Positions 43,326-53,157 are shown, counted from the stretch's first letter. The stretch is 64,000 nt of DNA from Eubacteriales bacterium (GCA_045587745.1 JAZNCU010000029.1:2902-66901), one strand, 5' to 3'. The notes: generated by a model from the sequence alone, not told the origin. Made by a program: numbers and translations.

Positions 43326-44091
43326 GAATCTCACCGATTCCGCCGAGTATAATATCGGGTGCGTTTGAATCGTTGACGTCCTCGATATGCGTTTCGCCCG
43401 AGAGCACGAGCACCGATAGGAGTCCGTTGTTCTTGCCGAGGGCAATATCGGTGTAGAGCCTGTCTCCGACTATTGCCGTGCGGTCAAACTGAACGCCAAA
43501 AAGCTCGGATATCATATCGGCGGTTTCCTTGTAGGGCTTGCCAAGGTACTTGGGTGTTTTACCGGTGGATGCTGTGATAAGTGCCGCAATAGCACCGCTG
43601 TCGGGTATAAAGCCGTTTTCGGTAGGGCAGTTGTAATCGGGATGTGTGCATAGATATTCGGCACCGCCCCGAATAAGATCGCAGGCTGTAACGAGCTTAC
43701 TGTAAACGAGTGTGGTGTCAAAGGACGATACGACGATATCGGCGTTCTCGCTCAGGGTTATGCCGGCATCCCTAAAGGATTTTTCGAGCGCAGGGGTACC
43801 GACCAGATAAACCGATTTGCCCGGTCTGTTTCGCTTAAGAAATTCAATGGTAACGTCACCTGCCGTAACAACGTCGCTTCTCTCGGCATTGAAGCCGAGC
43901 CTGTTCAGCTTTTCAACGTAGTCAAACGGATTTTTTGAGGCATTGTTGGTAAAGAACACCACCTTCTTGCCCATTTTTCGGGCTGTGTGAACAAACTCGA
44001 TTGCGCCGGGGAGTACCTTATCGCCAAGATAAATGGTGCCGTCCATATCAAGTACGAACAGCGAGATTTCCTTGAGTTTATTGTAATCCAT
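43312..44091 (-). CDS. HAD-IIA family phosphatase (NagD-like)
   Basis: 259 aa with motif I FVLDMDGTIY, FFTNNAS, and motif IV AIVGDRLYTDI. Confidence 0.85.
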   Translation of the reverse strand: MDYNKLKEISLFVLDMDGTIYLGDKVLPGAIEFVHTARKMGKKVVFFTNNASKNPFDYVEKLNRLGFNAERSDVVTAGDVTIEFLKRNRPGKSVYLVGTPALEKSFRDAGITLSENADIVVSSFDTTLVYSKLVTACDLIRGGAEYLCTHPDYNCPTENGFIPDSGAIAALITASTGKTPKYLGKPYKETADMISELFGVQFDRTAIVGDRLYTDIALGKNNGLLSVLVLSGETHIEDVNDSNAPDIILGGIGEILNYL

Positions 44092-44164
44092 TTTTTACCG
44101 TCCTTGTTTAATATTAAAGTTATTATATCACAAATCCCGGAATTTTCAATAGAGGAGATTCATT

Positions 44165-44965
44165 ATGTCAGGAAAATACTGTATTGCAGTCGACCTTGAG
44201 GGTGTTGCCTGTGCAGTTGGCGCGCCCGGAAGCGGACTTATGGGCAGTCCGGACTATCCTTTCGTATGTAAGCAGGGAACAAAGGAGGCAAATGCTGCCG
44301 CAAGGGCGCTGTTTGAGTCGGGCGCCGACGAGGTAATCATCTGGGATTGTCACGGAACGGGTGTCAATCTTGATTACAATATGCTTGATCCCCGCTGTAA
44401 AATAGTTATAGGCGCAGGAAGCCGTGTTCGATTCCCCTGTGTTGACAAAAGCTTTGACGGAGTTCTCTTTATTGGATATCACGCATACGATACACCAAAA
44501 GCAACCCTTGCTCACGTTTATTCGTCCTCTACCTTTACCGGCTTTAAGGTTAACGGTGAAAAGGTTGGGGAGCTGCAGATCGATGCCGCAATAGCAGGCA
44601 AAAGGGGAGTAAAGACACTTTTTGTCTCGTCTGACGATATTTGTGTGGCACAGGCAAAGGCTACCTTCCCTTGGGTGTATACGGTGGAAACGAAAAAATC
44701 ACTTGCCTGGAATCAGTGTCTCAGCCGTCATCCCGATACCGTTTGCGAGGATATTTACAATACCGTGCTCGAGGCGGTAAGAAATATTGCAGATATGCAG
44801 GTGTATACAATAGCTGAGCCTATTACACTTTCGGTTTCGTATAAGCGGATCGAGTATGCGAATTCATGCTCGCTTCGTGATCCCGATAATAAGCAGTTCA
44901 CTCTTTCCGATCCGTATACAAGAACGGGTGTGCTTGCCGATATTGAAGATTATTTCAGATTTTAA
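44165..44965 (+). CDS. M55 family metallopeptidase (DppA-type D-aminopeptidase)
   Basis: 266 aa. It shows an N-terminal VDLEGV, WDCHG, and a typical H..Y.S... pattern. The assignment is by family resemblance only. Confidence 0.65.
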   Translation: MSGKYCIAVDLEGVACAVGAPGSGLMGSPDYPFVCKQGTKEANAAARALFESGADEVIIWDCHGTGVNLDYNMLDPRCKIVIGAGSRVRFPCVDKSFDGVLFIGYHAYDTPKATLAHVYSSSTFTGFKVNGEKVGELQIDAAIAGKRGVKTLFVSSDDICVAQAKATFPWVYTVETKKSLAWNQCLSRHPDTVCEDIYNTVLEAVRNIADMQVYTIAEPITLSVSYKRIEYANSCSLRDPDNKQFTLSDPYTRTGVLADIEDYFRF

Positions 44966-44977
44966 GGGAGTAAGAAT

Positions 44978-45976
44978 ATGAATACCGTGTTGACCAAAAA
45001 AGAGATAAAAGCAAAAATAAAACAGCAAAAATTCGACCGTCAGCGATCACTCCGTGTAGTTGAATATCTTGAGTTTTCGGGCATTCTTGACGGCAGTCCC
45101 GTTGAGATTGAGGAGGGCTACATTATATCGGATCGCAACTGCTGTGATATTTTTGCGTCCTTCGTCTTTAAGAACGTTTGTGAAAAACCTCTCAAGTCGC
45201 TTTCAATAAGGCTCGAATGCTATCAGAATGCAAATATCCCTTATCTGAATATTGATTTTACTTACTGCCACGATTTGCTTACCTTCGGCTCGATTGCGAT
45301 CCGCAAGGAGCATTTCAAATTGCGTGATTCCAACAGCCGTGAGACGGTTCTCAAGGGTGAGAGCTTTGGCTCGGCGGTATATATTCCTATTCCCGAGAGC
45401 TATTTCAAACGTATGAACGTACGTATTTTGAGTGCCGAGTTTGAGGACGGAGAGGTAAAGAAAATTGATATGATTGCGGGCGGAAAGGCAACTCATATTA
45501 CCGAGCTTGACGATCTTTCGAAAATCGTTTACACACGTCTTAACGTATATCAGGGTACCGAGGAGTTTTATCCCACAGTGGTCATTCCCTGCGAATCCAG
45601 CACGGTATGGCTTTGCTGCTGCGGTAACAAAAACCCTGTTGATGCCGAGATATGTGAGCACTGTCGCCGAGAGAAGTCTATCGTTATCGGACAGCTTTCA
45701 TCTGATAATATCAAGGAAACTCTTTCAAAAATGGTTGCGGATCCGACCGAGCGTGTATTGCACGATAAGAGCGAATTTTTCAAGAATATGACTATCGGCC
45801 GTGAAAAGGATGAACAGCAAAAGATTGAGGAATACGAAAAGGTAATGAAAAACATCGCTGATATGGAAAAAGCGCGTGAACGCCGTCAGATGATGATACT
45901 GCCTAAAATTCTTATATACGTAGGTACGTTGCTGTTCATTGTCTATCTGCTTCAGCTTTTGAGCCGTATATTATGA
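44978..45976 (+). CDS. hypothetical zinc-ribbon protein with C-terminal TM anchor
   Basis: 332 aa with CCGNKNPVDAEICEHC, then a charged coiled region and a terminal hydrophobic helix (ILPKILIYVGTLLFIVYLLQLL). Confidence 0.55.
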   Translation: MNTVLTKKEIKAKIKQQKFDRQRSLRVVEYLEFSGILDGSPVEIEEGYIISDRNCCDIFASFVFKNVCEKPLKSLSIRLECYQNANIPYLNIDFTYCHDLLTFGSIAIRKEHFKLRDSNSRETVLKGESFGSAVYIPIPESYFKRMNVRILSAEFEDGEVKKIDMIAGGKATHITELDDLSKIVYTRLNVYQGTEEFYPTVVIPCESSTVWLCCCGNKNPVDAEICEHCRREKSIVIGQLSSDNIKETLSKMVADPTERVLHDKSEFFKNMTIGREKDEQQKIEEYEKVMKNIADMEKARERRQMMILPKILIYVGTLLFIVYLLQLLSRIL

Positions 45977-46034
45977 TAGCGCTTCGATACAAGATCATTT
46001 ATACAAAAAGCCGTATTTCTACGGCTTTTTTCAT

Positions 46035-46919
46035 TCAAAACATTTCTATAAAACGCTCTGCGGCGTGCGACAGCTTTACACCGCCAAGCATACAAAGTCC
46101 GATTTTGCGTTGCGGCAGTCTAAACGAGGTATTTACCTTAAAAAGCTCACCGCTATCGAGATAAGGCTTTGAAAATTCCTCGGTAACGCAGGCAACGCCG
46201 AGCCCGCCCATCGCCATGTCATACATCAGATCGTGTGAGCCAAGCTCAAATTCGGGGGCAAGCGTTATACCTCTTGCCGAAAAATATCTGTTTATCAGCT
46301 TTCGTGAGTTGGATTTTGGCTCAAGCATGATAAGGGGCAGGGAAGCGATGTCCGCTTCGTTCAGCATGTCATCCCTCAGATGCCCAAACTGCTCACCTGC
46401 AACAAATATATCCTGTTGTGACGCCAGGGGCCGCAGCTCAATTCCGGGATAAGCAGCCTCGTCAACGGGTAGGTTGATGAACGCAATATCGACACGCCCC
46501 GACATCAGCTGCAATAGCGTTTCGTGCGTTACCCTGTTAAGAATCTCTATTTTGACCTTTGGATATCGGGAGTGATATTCACTGAGCTTCGGTAGTAAAA
46601 AATGCTTGGTGATTGTATCACCTGCACCGATTCTTATCTCGCCCTGATCGAGCGTGCTCATACGCTCAAACAGACCCTCTGCACTATTGATAAGTTCGAG
46701 TGATTGCGATACGTAGCGCAGCAACAGCTCGCCGGCAGTGGTAAGGCTTACGCCCTTCCTGCTGCGCACAAACAGTGTACTGCCCAACTGCTGTTCCAAC
46801 CGACTGATTTGCTGACTGACGGCGCTCTGAGTTACAAAAAGCTTGCTTGCCGCTACCGAAAAGCTTTTCTCAGTGGCACAGCAGTAAAAGATTTTGTAAA
46901 GCTCAAGATTTACTTCCAT
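46035..46919 (-). CDS. LysR family transcriptional regulator
   Basis: 294 aa. It has an N-terminal wHTH (FYCCATEKSFSVAASKLFVTQSAVSQQISRLEQQLG..LF.R) and a periplasmic-binding-like C-terminal domain. Confidence 0.9.
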   Translation of the reverse strand: MEVNLELYKIFYCCATEKSFSVAASKLFVTQSAVSQQISRLEQQLGSTLFVRSRKGVSLTTAGELLLRYVSQSLELINSAEGLFERMSTLDQGEIRIGAGDTITKHFLLPKLSEYHSRYPKVKIEILNRVTHETLLQLMSGRVDIAFINLPVDEAAYPGIELRPLASQQDIFVAGEQFGHLRDDMLNEADIASLPLIMLEPKSNSRKLINRYFSARGITLAPEFELGSHDLMYDMAMGGLGVACVTEEFSKPYLDSGELFKVNTSFRLPQRKIGLCMLGGVKLSHAAERFIEMF

Positions 46920-46954
46920 AAGTTATCCTAACATAAAACATTAAAAATATTAAC

Positions 46955-46983
46955 TTGACTTATATCACAACCTATATTATAAT
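46955..46983 (+). promoter_or_regulatory. sigma-A type promoter for the CofE-like gene in the LysR divergent region
   Basis: TTGACT (46955-46960), a 17-nt spacer, then TATAAT (46978-46983). Confidence 0.55.
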
Positions 46984-47024
46984 GTTTACGCAAAAAAAGT
47001 CAAGACCGATTTTGGGAGGCTATA

Positions 47025-48218
47025 ATGAACGAAAGACTTATTGGTACCGTTTCTCGCGGTGTCCGAGCGCCTATTATCCGCCGTGGAGATGATATTGCGG
47101 CAATAGTTGCCGAGAGTGTTATTGCTGCCGCAAGAAGTGAGAATCTTCCTTTTTACGACAGGGACGTTGTCGGCATTACTGAGGCAGTTGTTGCACGTGC
47201 TCAGGGCAACTATGCTTCTGTTGACGATATTGCCGATGATATCCGTGCAAAATTCCCCTCCGGCGAGCTTGGAGTTATTTTCCCCATACTTTCCCGCAAC
47301 CGCTTTGCTATCTGTCTCAAAGGCATTGCAAGAGGAGCAAGAAAGATTACGCTTATGCTTTCATATCCCTCCGATGAGGTTGGAAATCATCTTATCGACC
47401 TCGATTCGCTTGATGCTGCAGGAATCAACCCCTGGACCGACGTTCTTACCGAGGCTCGCTTTCGTGAGCTTTTCGGAACCGTTAAGCATCCCTTCACCGG
47501 TATCGATTATATAGCCTACTACCGTGAGCTTATCGAATCGCAGGGCTGTGAGGCTGAGATAATTCTCGCCAACGATTGCCGCAGTATTCTTGAATATACC
47601 GACAGCGTACTAACCTGTGATATTCACTCCCGTGCAAGAAGTAAACGTCTTTTAACTGCAGCAGGCGCAAAGAACGTTTTCGGACTTGACAATATCCTTT
47701 CCGCACCCGTCGGTGGAAGCGGCTATAACGAGGATTATGGTCTTTTGGGAAGTAACAAGGCTACCGAGGACAGCATCAAACTCTTCCCCAGGGATTGCGA
47801 GCAGATCGTTGAGCGTATTGCTTCTGTTCTCAAGAGCGAGACGGGCAAGAATATTGAGGTTATGATCTACGGTGACGGTGCATTCAAGGATCCCGTCGGA
47901 AAGATTTGGGAGCTTGCCGATCCCGTTGTTTCTCCCGCTTATACCTCGGGTCTGAATGGACAGCCTAATGAAGTTAAGCTCAAATATCTTGCCGACAACG
48001 ATTTTAAGGATCTTTCAGGTGACGCACTCAAAGAGGCGATCAGTGAGTATATACGTTCAAAGGACTCCGATCTCGTTGGTCAAATGGCTTCTCAGGGCAC
48101 TACTCCCAGACGTCTTACCGATCTTATCGGCTCGCTTTGTGATCTTACCTCGGGAAGCGGCGACAAGGGAACACCCATTATCTGGATTCAGGGATATTTT
48201 GATAACTACACCGCATAG
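47025..48218 (+). CDS. CofE/F420-0:gamma-glutamyl ligase-like protein
   Basis: 397 aa. The N-terminus (G..RAPIIRRGDDIA..V........L...DVVGITEAVVARAQG) resembles the PF01996 ligase fold. The C-terminal half is unassigned. Confidence 0.55.
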   Translation: MNERLIGTVSRGVRAPIIRRGDDIAAIVAESVIAAARSENLPFYDRDVVGITEAVVARAQGNYASVDDIADDIRAKFPSGELGVIFPILSRNRFAICLKGIARGARKITLMLSYPSDEVGNHLIDLDSLDAAGINPWTDVLTEARFRELFGTVKHPFTGIDYIAYYRELIESQGCEAEIILANDCRSILEYTDSVLTCDIHSRARSKRLLTAAGAKNVFGLDNILSAPVGGSGYNEDYGLLGSNKATEDSIKLFPRDCEQIVERIASVLKSETGKNIEVMIYGDGAFKDPVGKIWELADPVVSPAYTSGLNGQPNEVKLKYLADNDFKDLSGDALKEAISEYIRSKDSDLVGQMASQGTTPRRLTDLIGSLCDLTSGSGDKGTPIIWIQGYFDNYTA

Positions 48219-48233
48219 CATCTGATACAATTT

Positions 48234-48265
48234 ACACCGCAGAGAATATCTGCGGTGTTTTTTTC
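48234..48265 (+). terminator. Rho-independent terminator
   Basis: Stem ACACCGCAG / CTGCGGTGT with a 7-nt loop, followed by TTTTTTT. Confidence 0.8.
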
Positions 48266-48270
48266 AAAAA

Positions 48271-48298
48271 AATCCCTGCTACGTGGGTAGCAGGGATT
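48271..48298 (-). terminator. Rho-independent terminator of the lipoprotein gene
   Basis: Stem AATCCCTGCTAC / GTAGCAGGGATT. A T-run follows on the minus strand (plus-strand AAAAAAA at 48265-48271). Confidence 0.75.
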
Positions 48299-48313
48299 GA
48301 TCTGAATGCGTTA

Positions 48314-50671
48314 TCAGGTTGTAGGATCGCCAAAGATGTCGTAGTAGGTATCGCGGAATTTAACCTTGAATACAAAGTCGAACCAGTTCTCAAAGGTTTC
48401 TTCCTCAACCTCTTCGCTGCCTGTATCCTCGCCCTCAGCGCCCTCTTCATCCTCAGAGGCATCGGGAGCATCAAGATAATCGATTGCGATGAGAATCTCT
48501 TCCTCAGTCATATCAAGGATTTCGGAGTAATCAGCGATGAACGTGTTGATTGCTTCCTCAATAGCAGTGTTTACAGCATCCAAAAATTCGGTATTGTAGG
48601 TGGTAAGGCTCTCTGCGATGAGTGCATCAAGCTTGTCACCGATTCTGTCAGGTGCATCGTAGGTGAGCATCTTCTCAAGATCAGCCTTATAATCGTCGGA
48701 ACCGACAACCGAAGCAAGTGCGTTCTTGTAGGTCGAGGATTCCATAAAGGTGTTGAGCTCTTTGTTAACTGCAGAGGAGAGAAGGTTCTGATAAGTACCG
48801 TCGATCATCGAGTTAACACGCTCTTCACTATACTGGTAATAGAGGTGATCGTTGATATATTCGTCGGTGAGACGCTCGGGAATCATTGCCTCAATTTCTT
48901 CTGCGGTGGCATCGGGAAATTCAGCCTGAAGCTCGGTTTTGAGAAGTGCGGTAAGAGGATTGATCAATCTGTCCTTGACCTGCTTGATGATCTCGCTTTC
49001 GGCCTGATCGTAGAGCTTGTCGCCCTGCTTTGCCTCAACGTCCTTGCTGATCTCAATAATATACTGAGCCTTGAGCCTCGTCTCGTAGAGAGCTGTAAGC
49101 TCCTCTCTGATCTCGGCATCAACTGCTTCCTGTGCCTCTTTATAAACAGTCTCGTAATCAAATACGGTTGCGGTGCCGTTGATAAGACTGGGATAATACT
49201 GATCAACTACTCCGTTAATAATATCAAGGTAGTTGGGCTCGAATATGATCTGAGTGTTGCCTTCCTCATCAAGGTACTCAAACTCGGTATAGTCAACGGT
49301 AAATCCAAGCGAGGGGGATACAACAGAGTGCTGGTTCTGCTGAATGGCGTTGCTCCATTTATCGGGGTTCTCACCCTGAAGGGTGTAGGTGATAAACGAG
49401 TTGCCGGTGTACTGAGGATTCATCATATAATCCTCGTTAAGACGCTCTACCTGACCATTGTCATCAAGAACGTAGTGAGTGTTCTCAACGCCGTAGGTGA
49501 GGAGGTTCATAAGCTGAGCATCGGTATTGATAGCGGCAACGATCTTCATAACAGCGGTGAGCTCGTTGGAAACAACGTATTTGCTGACGCAGAAGATGTT
49601 GTCGATGGTGTTTTCGTTGATTGCAACGGGATTGGAGTAAACGCTGGTGCTGTAGCTGCGTCCGGTCTCCTGCTCGAGCTGAGCGATGGTATCGGTGTTG
49701 CCCTTAACTATCTGAACAGCACATTTGGCATCCTCGGTACCATCATTTTCAAAATAACCAAGCGCTCTGTATCTTGCGATCATAGCGAGGTAATCGAGAA
49801 GCTCCTCGTTATCGTAAGCAGTGGATACAACGCCGCTGTCGCTGACAAGAATAGGGAAGCCGTCGTTAGCAAGGAAGCTGATATCAGCCGACTCGGTTGC
49901 GCTCGCAAGAGGAATAACGTCAGGGTTATTTGCCTTGAGCAATGCCAGATAGTCCTGAAGATCCTCAAGGGATTTGATGGTATTGGGGTCGATTCCGTGC
50001 TGCTCAAGGTACTCGTTGTCAAACGCAAGGTAGGTGTACTCACCGATAGCATTGTTTACGGGAACACCGTAGGTCTTGTTGTTGACCTTTGCAGCGGTAA
50101 GGAAGGTAGAGTGAATAGCCGATTTTAACGCTTTTGCCTCGTTGTTGAGCTGGGTATCGATCTGAGCAAGCATATTGTTGGTAGCATAATTGTAATACTG
50201 CTCATAACCTCTTACAAGGAAAATGTCAAGTCTGGGCTCTTCAAGAACAATGTCTCCGCCCTCGGCAAGAATGTCGATCCAATAGTCGCCGGTCTTGATA
50301 AGCTCGGAAGTCTCACCATCGCCATCCTTGGAGGACTCGGCATTGGATTCTTTCTTGTTATTCTTTTTGTCGTTCTTTTTCTTTTCGTTATATTCTTCAA
50401 TTTCGGCAAACTTATCCTCGATAAGCTGCTCGTACTCATCCTCGGTGACCATTACGAGGTCAACGATAGCATTGAGTCGGAAGAAGACGATACGGTTGAG
50501 AGCAAGCTCAACCTCTCTGATAGCCTCCGGTGTGGTGCTTTCGTCGGTAATTGTATACAGTGTGTATACAGCCGCTGCTTCTTCGGTCAGATCTGCTTCT
50601 TTTTGACAGGATGCGAACAAGGGGGAGAGTAAGCAGATTGCAAGAAGAATACAGAGAAATCCTTTTTTCAT
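48314..50671 (-). CDS. large lipoprotein, extracellular solute-binding-protein-like
   Basis: It has a lipobox from ATG 50671 (MKKGFLCILLAICLLSPLFASC). The central region resembles family-1 sugar-binding lipoproteins. A K/N/E low-complexity insert and a long acidic helical C-terminal extension are present. No permease or ATPase genes are adjacent. Confidence 0.55.
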   Translation of the reverse strand: MKKGFLCILLAICLLSPLFASCQKEADLTEEAAAVYTLYTITDESTTPEAIREVELALNRIVFFRLNAIVDLVMVTEDEYEQLIEDKFAEIEEYNEKKKNDKKNNKKESNAESSKDGDGETSELIKTGDYWIDILAEGGDIVLEEPRLDIFLVRGYEQYYNYATNNMLAQIDTQLNNEAKALKSAIHSTFLTAAKVNNKTYGVPVNNAIGEYTYLAFDNEYLEQHGIDPNTIKSLEDLQDYLALLKANNPDVIPLASATESADISFLANDGFPILVSDSGVVSTAYDNEELLDYLAMIARYRALGYFENDGTEDAKCAVQIVKGNTDTIAQLEQETGRSYSTSVYSNPVAINENTIDNIFCVSKYVVSNELTAVMKIVAAINTDAQLMNLLTYGVENTHYVLDDNGQVERLNEDYMMNPQYTGNSFITYTLQGENPDKWSNAIQQNQHSVVSPSLGFTVDYTEFEYLDEEGNTQIIFEPNYLDIINGVVDQYYPSLINGTATVFDYETVYKEAQEAVDAEIREELTALYETRLKAQYIIEISKDVEAKQGDKLYDQAESEIIKQVKDRLINPLTALLKTELQAEFPDATAEEIEAMIPERLTDEYINDHLYYQYSEERVNSMIDGTYQNLLSSAVNKELNTFMESSTYKNALASVVGSDDYKADLEKMLTYDAPDRIGDKLDALIAESLTTYNTEFLDAVNTAIEEAINTFIADYSEILDMTEEEILIAIDYLDAPDASEDEEGAEGEDTGSEEVEEETFENWFDFVFKVKFRDTYYDIFGDPTT

Positions 50672-50866
50672 TTGAACGACCTCCAATTAACGGGTATAGT
50701 ATTCTAAGTAATTATACATCCTAAAAGCAACTCTGTCAAGGTGTATATTAGAAAATAACATATATAAATATATACAAAAAATTCTTGATCCGATGCGCTT
50801 AATACCCTTTACCGTGTTGCAAAATGCACCCGGATGCTGTATAATTCCAATATGCGAGGTGATAGC

Positions 50867-51448
50867 TTGAACGAAACGCTTTTGAAATGGAAGCTTAAAC
50901 ACTTTTCTCCTATCCGAACCGAGCGCCTTACCGTGCGTAAAATGCGTGTAAGCGATGCTCTTTCGATGAATGAATATGCTACTCTGCCAATTGTTTCGGA
51001 GTATTTGCTCTGGACTCCTCATCTTAATCTTGCCGAGACACAGGGACATATCGAGTTTATCTGTGCGCGGTACGAAAAGGGGCTTGTCGGTGACTGGGGA
51101 GTTTGCCTCAGGGACTCCGATCGGCTTATCGGTACCTGCGGCTATGCCGGTATAGATACAAAAAAATCCGAGCTTGAGATCGGATACGTAATGTCGCCCG
51201 AATACTGGGGTAAAGGGTATATGACCGAGGCGCTTGACGCGGTTCTTAAGTATACCTTTTGTACACTTGGCGCCAAGGCGGCGGTTGTCCGTATAATGCA
51301 GGGGAATGAAAGGTCGGTACGCCTTGCGGAAAGGGTGGGCTTTGTGTACGATTACACAGTCGAAAACGAGCTTTTTGTAAAAGGCGTACACCGCACAATA
51401 TTGCATTACAGGCTTACGAGGCAAAGGTATTTTGAACTGAAGAAATAA
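50867..51448 (+). CDS. GNAT family N-acetyltransferase (RimJ/RimL-like)
   Basis: It shows TERLTVRKM, then WGKGYMTEAL and NERS.RLAERVGF. The likely start is TTG 50867, 5 nt after GAGGTG. The track start is 50834. Confidence 0.8.
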   Translation: MNETLLKWKLKHFSPIRTERLTVRKMRVSDALSMNEYATLPIVSEYLLWTPHLNLAETQGHIEFICARYEKGLVGDWGVCLRDSDRLIGTCGYAGIDTKKSELEIGYVMSPEYWGKGYMTEALDAVLKYTFCTLGAKAAVVRIMQGNERSVRLAERVGFVYDYTVENELFVKGVHRTILHYRLTRQRYFELKK

Positions 51449-51449
51449 A

Positions 51450-51482
51450 AAAGAAGATGCAATCGATGGATTGCATCTTTTC
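51450..51482. terminator. bidirectional terminator between GNAT gene and rpmB
   Basis: Stem AAGATGCAATC / GATTGCATCTT with loop GATG. It is flanked by an A-run on one side and a T-run on the other. Confidence 0.75.
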
Positions 51483-51503
51483 GATCTTATAAAAGATTCT
51501 ACC

Positions 51504-51692
51504 TTAAACGGCTCTGGTAACCTTACCGCTTCTAAGGCAACGGGAGCAAACGTGAACGTGCTTAACGGTGCCGTTTACGTTAGCCTTAACACGCCTGATG
51601 TTGGGCTTCCAAGATCTGTTGGTTTTTCTGTTAGAATGGGATACGTTGCAACCGAATGTAACGCCCTTTCCGCAAACAGTGCATTTTGCCAT
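51504..51692 (-). CDS. rpmB: 50S ribosomal protein L28
   Basis: 62 aa reading MAKCTVCGKGVTFGCNVSHSNRKTNRSWKPNIRRVK. A GGAGGTGGAA RBS precedes it. Confidence 0.95.
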   Translation of the reverse strand: MAKCTVCGKGVTFGCNVSHSNRKTNRSWKPNIRRVKANVNGTVKHVHVCSRCLRSGKVTRAV

Positions 51693-51736
51693 TTATTCCA
51701 CCTCCACATTATTATCCATAAAATTGCGAACAACTT

Positions 51737-51765
51737 ACTATATAACACATTTTTTGATTTGTCAA
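51737..51765 (-). promoter_or_regulatory. sigma-A type promoter for rpmB
   Basis: On the minus strand: TTGACA (51765-51760), a 17-nt spacer, then TATAGT (51742-51737). Confidence 0.5.
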
Positions 51766-51795
51766 TACCTTTTTTGATTTTTTTGACCAAAATCA

Positions 51796-53157
51796 TCAAA
51801 TACTGTTGGCAAGTGCAGTAATATCTCCTGCGCCCATAATGATGAGCAGGTCACCGTCCTCCAAAATACCGGTCAGGGCGGTTTTTATCTCCTCAAACGT
51901 CTCGAAATATATGGCACCCTTGATGTCGTCTGCAAGCATTTTTGACGATACCTCCTCACCGCACGCCTCTCTTGCGGCATAAAGAGGGCAGAGAATAAGA
52001 GTGTCCGCATCGTCGAATGCCGAAACAAACTCATCGTAAAGATCCAGCAGCCTTGAGTAGTTGTGGGGCTGGAACACGCAAACCACTCTGCTCTTTGCTA
52101 TCTGCCTTGCAGCAGAGAGCGTGGCTTTAATCTCGTCGGGATGATGAGCATAATCGTCATATACATCGGCACCGCAATAGCTTCCCTTGTATTCAAACCG
52201 TCTGCCTACTCCGACAAAGCTGCCTATGCCCCTGACTATATCCTCCTTGGATATTCCGCTGATATCGCAAACCGAAACCGCTGCAAGAGCGTTTGCAACG
52301 TTATATTCACCCGGAGCCGAGAGCTTTAGCGAAACGAAGAACGCTCCGGATCTGAAAACGTCAAACGTAGCATATCCTCCGTGCATTACTATGTTTGCGG
52401 CAAAATAATCAGCCCGTGTATTTCCGTTTGCACTAAAAGTAATATGATTGCCCTTGTAGCCCTTTGCGGCGCTGACGGTATTGGGGCAGTCGATATTGTA
52501 AACGGCATATCCGTCCTCGCCGGTGTTGTTCATAAATCGTGTGAACGAGTCCTTGATTGCGGAGAGTGACGGGAAATAATCGGTGTGGTCAAGCGACACG
52601 TTAAGCACAACTGCTATATGCGGAAAAAAGGATAAAAAGCTGTCCTTGTATTCGCAGGCCTCAAAAATAAAGTTGCTGTCGGAGCCTATCCTGTATGTAG
52701 AGCCTACATCCCGCATCACTGCGCCCACAACGGTAGTGGGGTCACAGCCCCTTGCGCCCAAAAACGTATGCCCGATCATACCGCTCGTTGTGGATTTTCC
52801 GTGGGTGCCTGCAATTGCAACCGAATTTTCATACATATCGGCAATAGCACCGAGTATTTCAGCGCGTGAATAAAGCTTTATTCTGCGTTTGCTGATCTCC
52901 TGCATTATGGGATGATCGCCCGTGAATGCGGCGGAGAATACGGCGTGCGTTATTCCGTCGAGCTGTGACGGATCAAACTCGCTGTAAACCGTAATTCCGC
53001 TTGTGATCAGCTTTTCGGTAGTGCCGCTTACGGTGCGGTCATAGCCGGATATACGGTAACCTCTACCCGACAGGATCAGGGCGATAGCCGACATACTTAT
53101 TCCGCCGATGCCGATAAAATATATATCCGAATCTATCGGTAATTCTTCAATTCTCAT
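51796..53157 (-). CDS. murC: UDP-N-acetylmuramate--L-alanine ligase
   Basis: 453 aa with YFIGIGGISMSAIA, the P-loop-like AIAGTHGKSTTS, and the Mur ligase C-terminal domain. Confidence 0.93.
   Translation of the reverse strand: MRIEELPIDSDIYFIGIGGISMSAIALILSGRGYRISGYDRTVSGTTEKLITSGITVYSEFDPSQLDGITHAVFSAAFTGDHPIMQEISKRRIKLYSRAEILGAIADMYENSVAIAGTHGKSTTSGMIGHTFLGARGCDPTTVVGAVMRDVGSTYRIGSDSNFIFEACEYKDSFLSFFPHIAVVLNVSLDHTDYFPSLSAIKDSFTRFMNNTGEDGYAVYNIDCPNTVSAAKGYKGNHITFSANGNTRADYFAANIVMHGGYATFDVFRSGAFFVSLKLSAPGEYNVANALAAVSVCDISGISKEDIVRGIGSFVGVGRRFEYKGSYCGADVYDDYAHHPDEIKATLSAARQIAKSRVVCVFQPHNYSRLLDLYDEFVSAFDDADTLILCPLYAAREACGEEVSSKMLADDIKGAIYFETFEEIKTALTGILEDGDLLIIMGAGDITALANSI

Noticed and set aside
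42204-43445. 413-aa minus-strand ORF overlapping the 368-aa hypothetical gene and the HAD gene end
   Set aside because: It is in phase with the plus-strand ORF and has an R/C/N/K-rich, un-protein-like composition. It would also run through the well-supported HAD phosphatase 3' end. The plus-strand ORF has an RBS and operon context. Confidence in this choice is only moderate.
48845-50128. 427-aa plus-strand ORF opposite the large lipoprotein gene
   Set aside because: It is an in-phase antisense artefact. The minus-strand gene has a lipobox, an RBS and a terminator.
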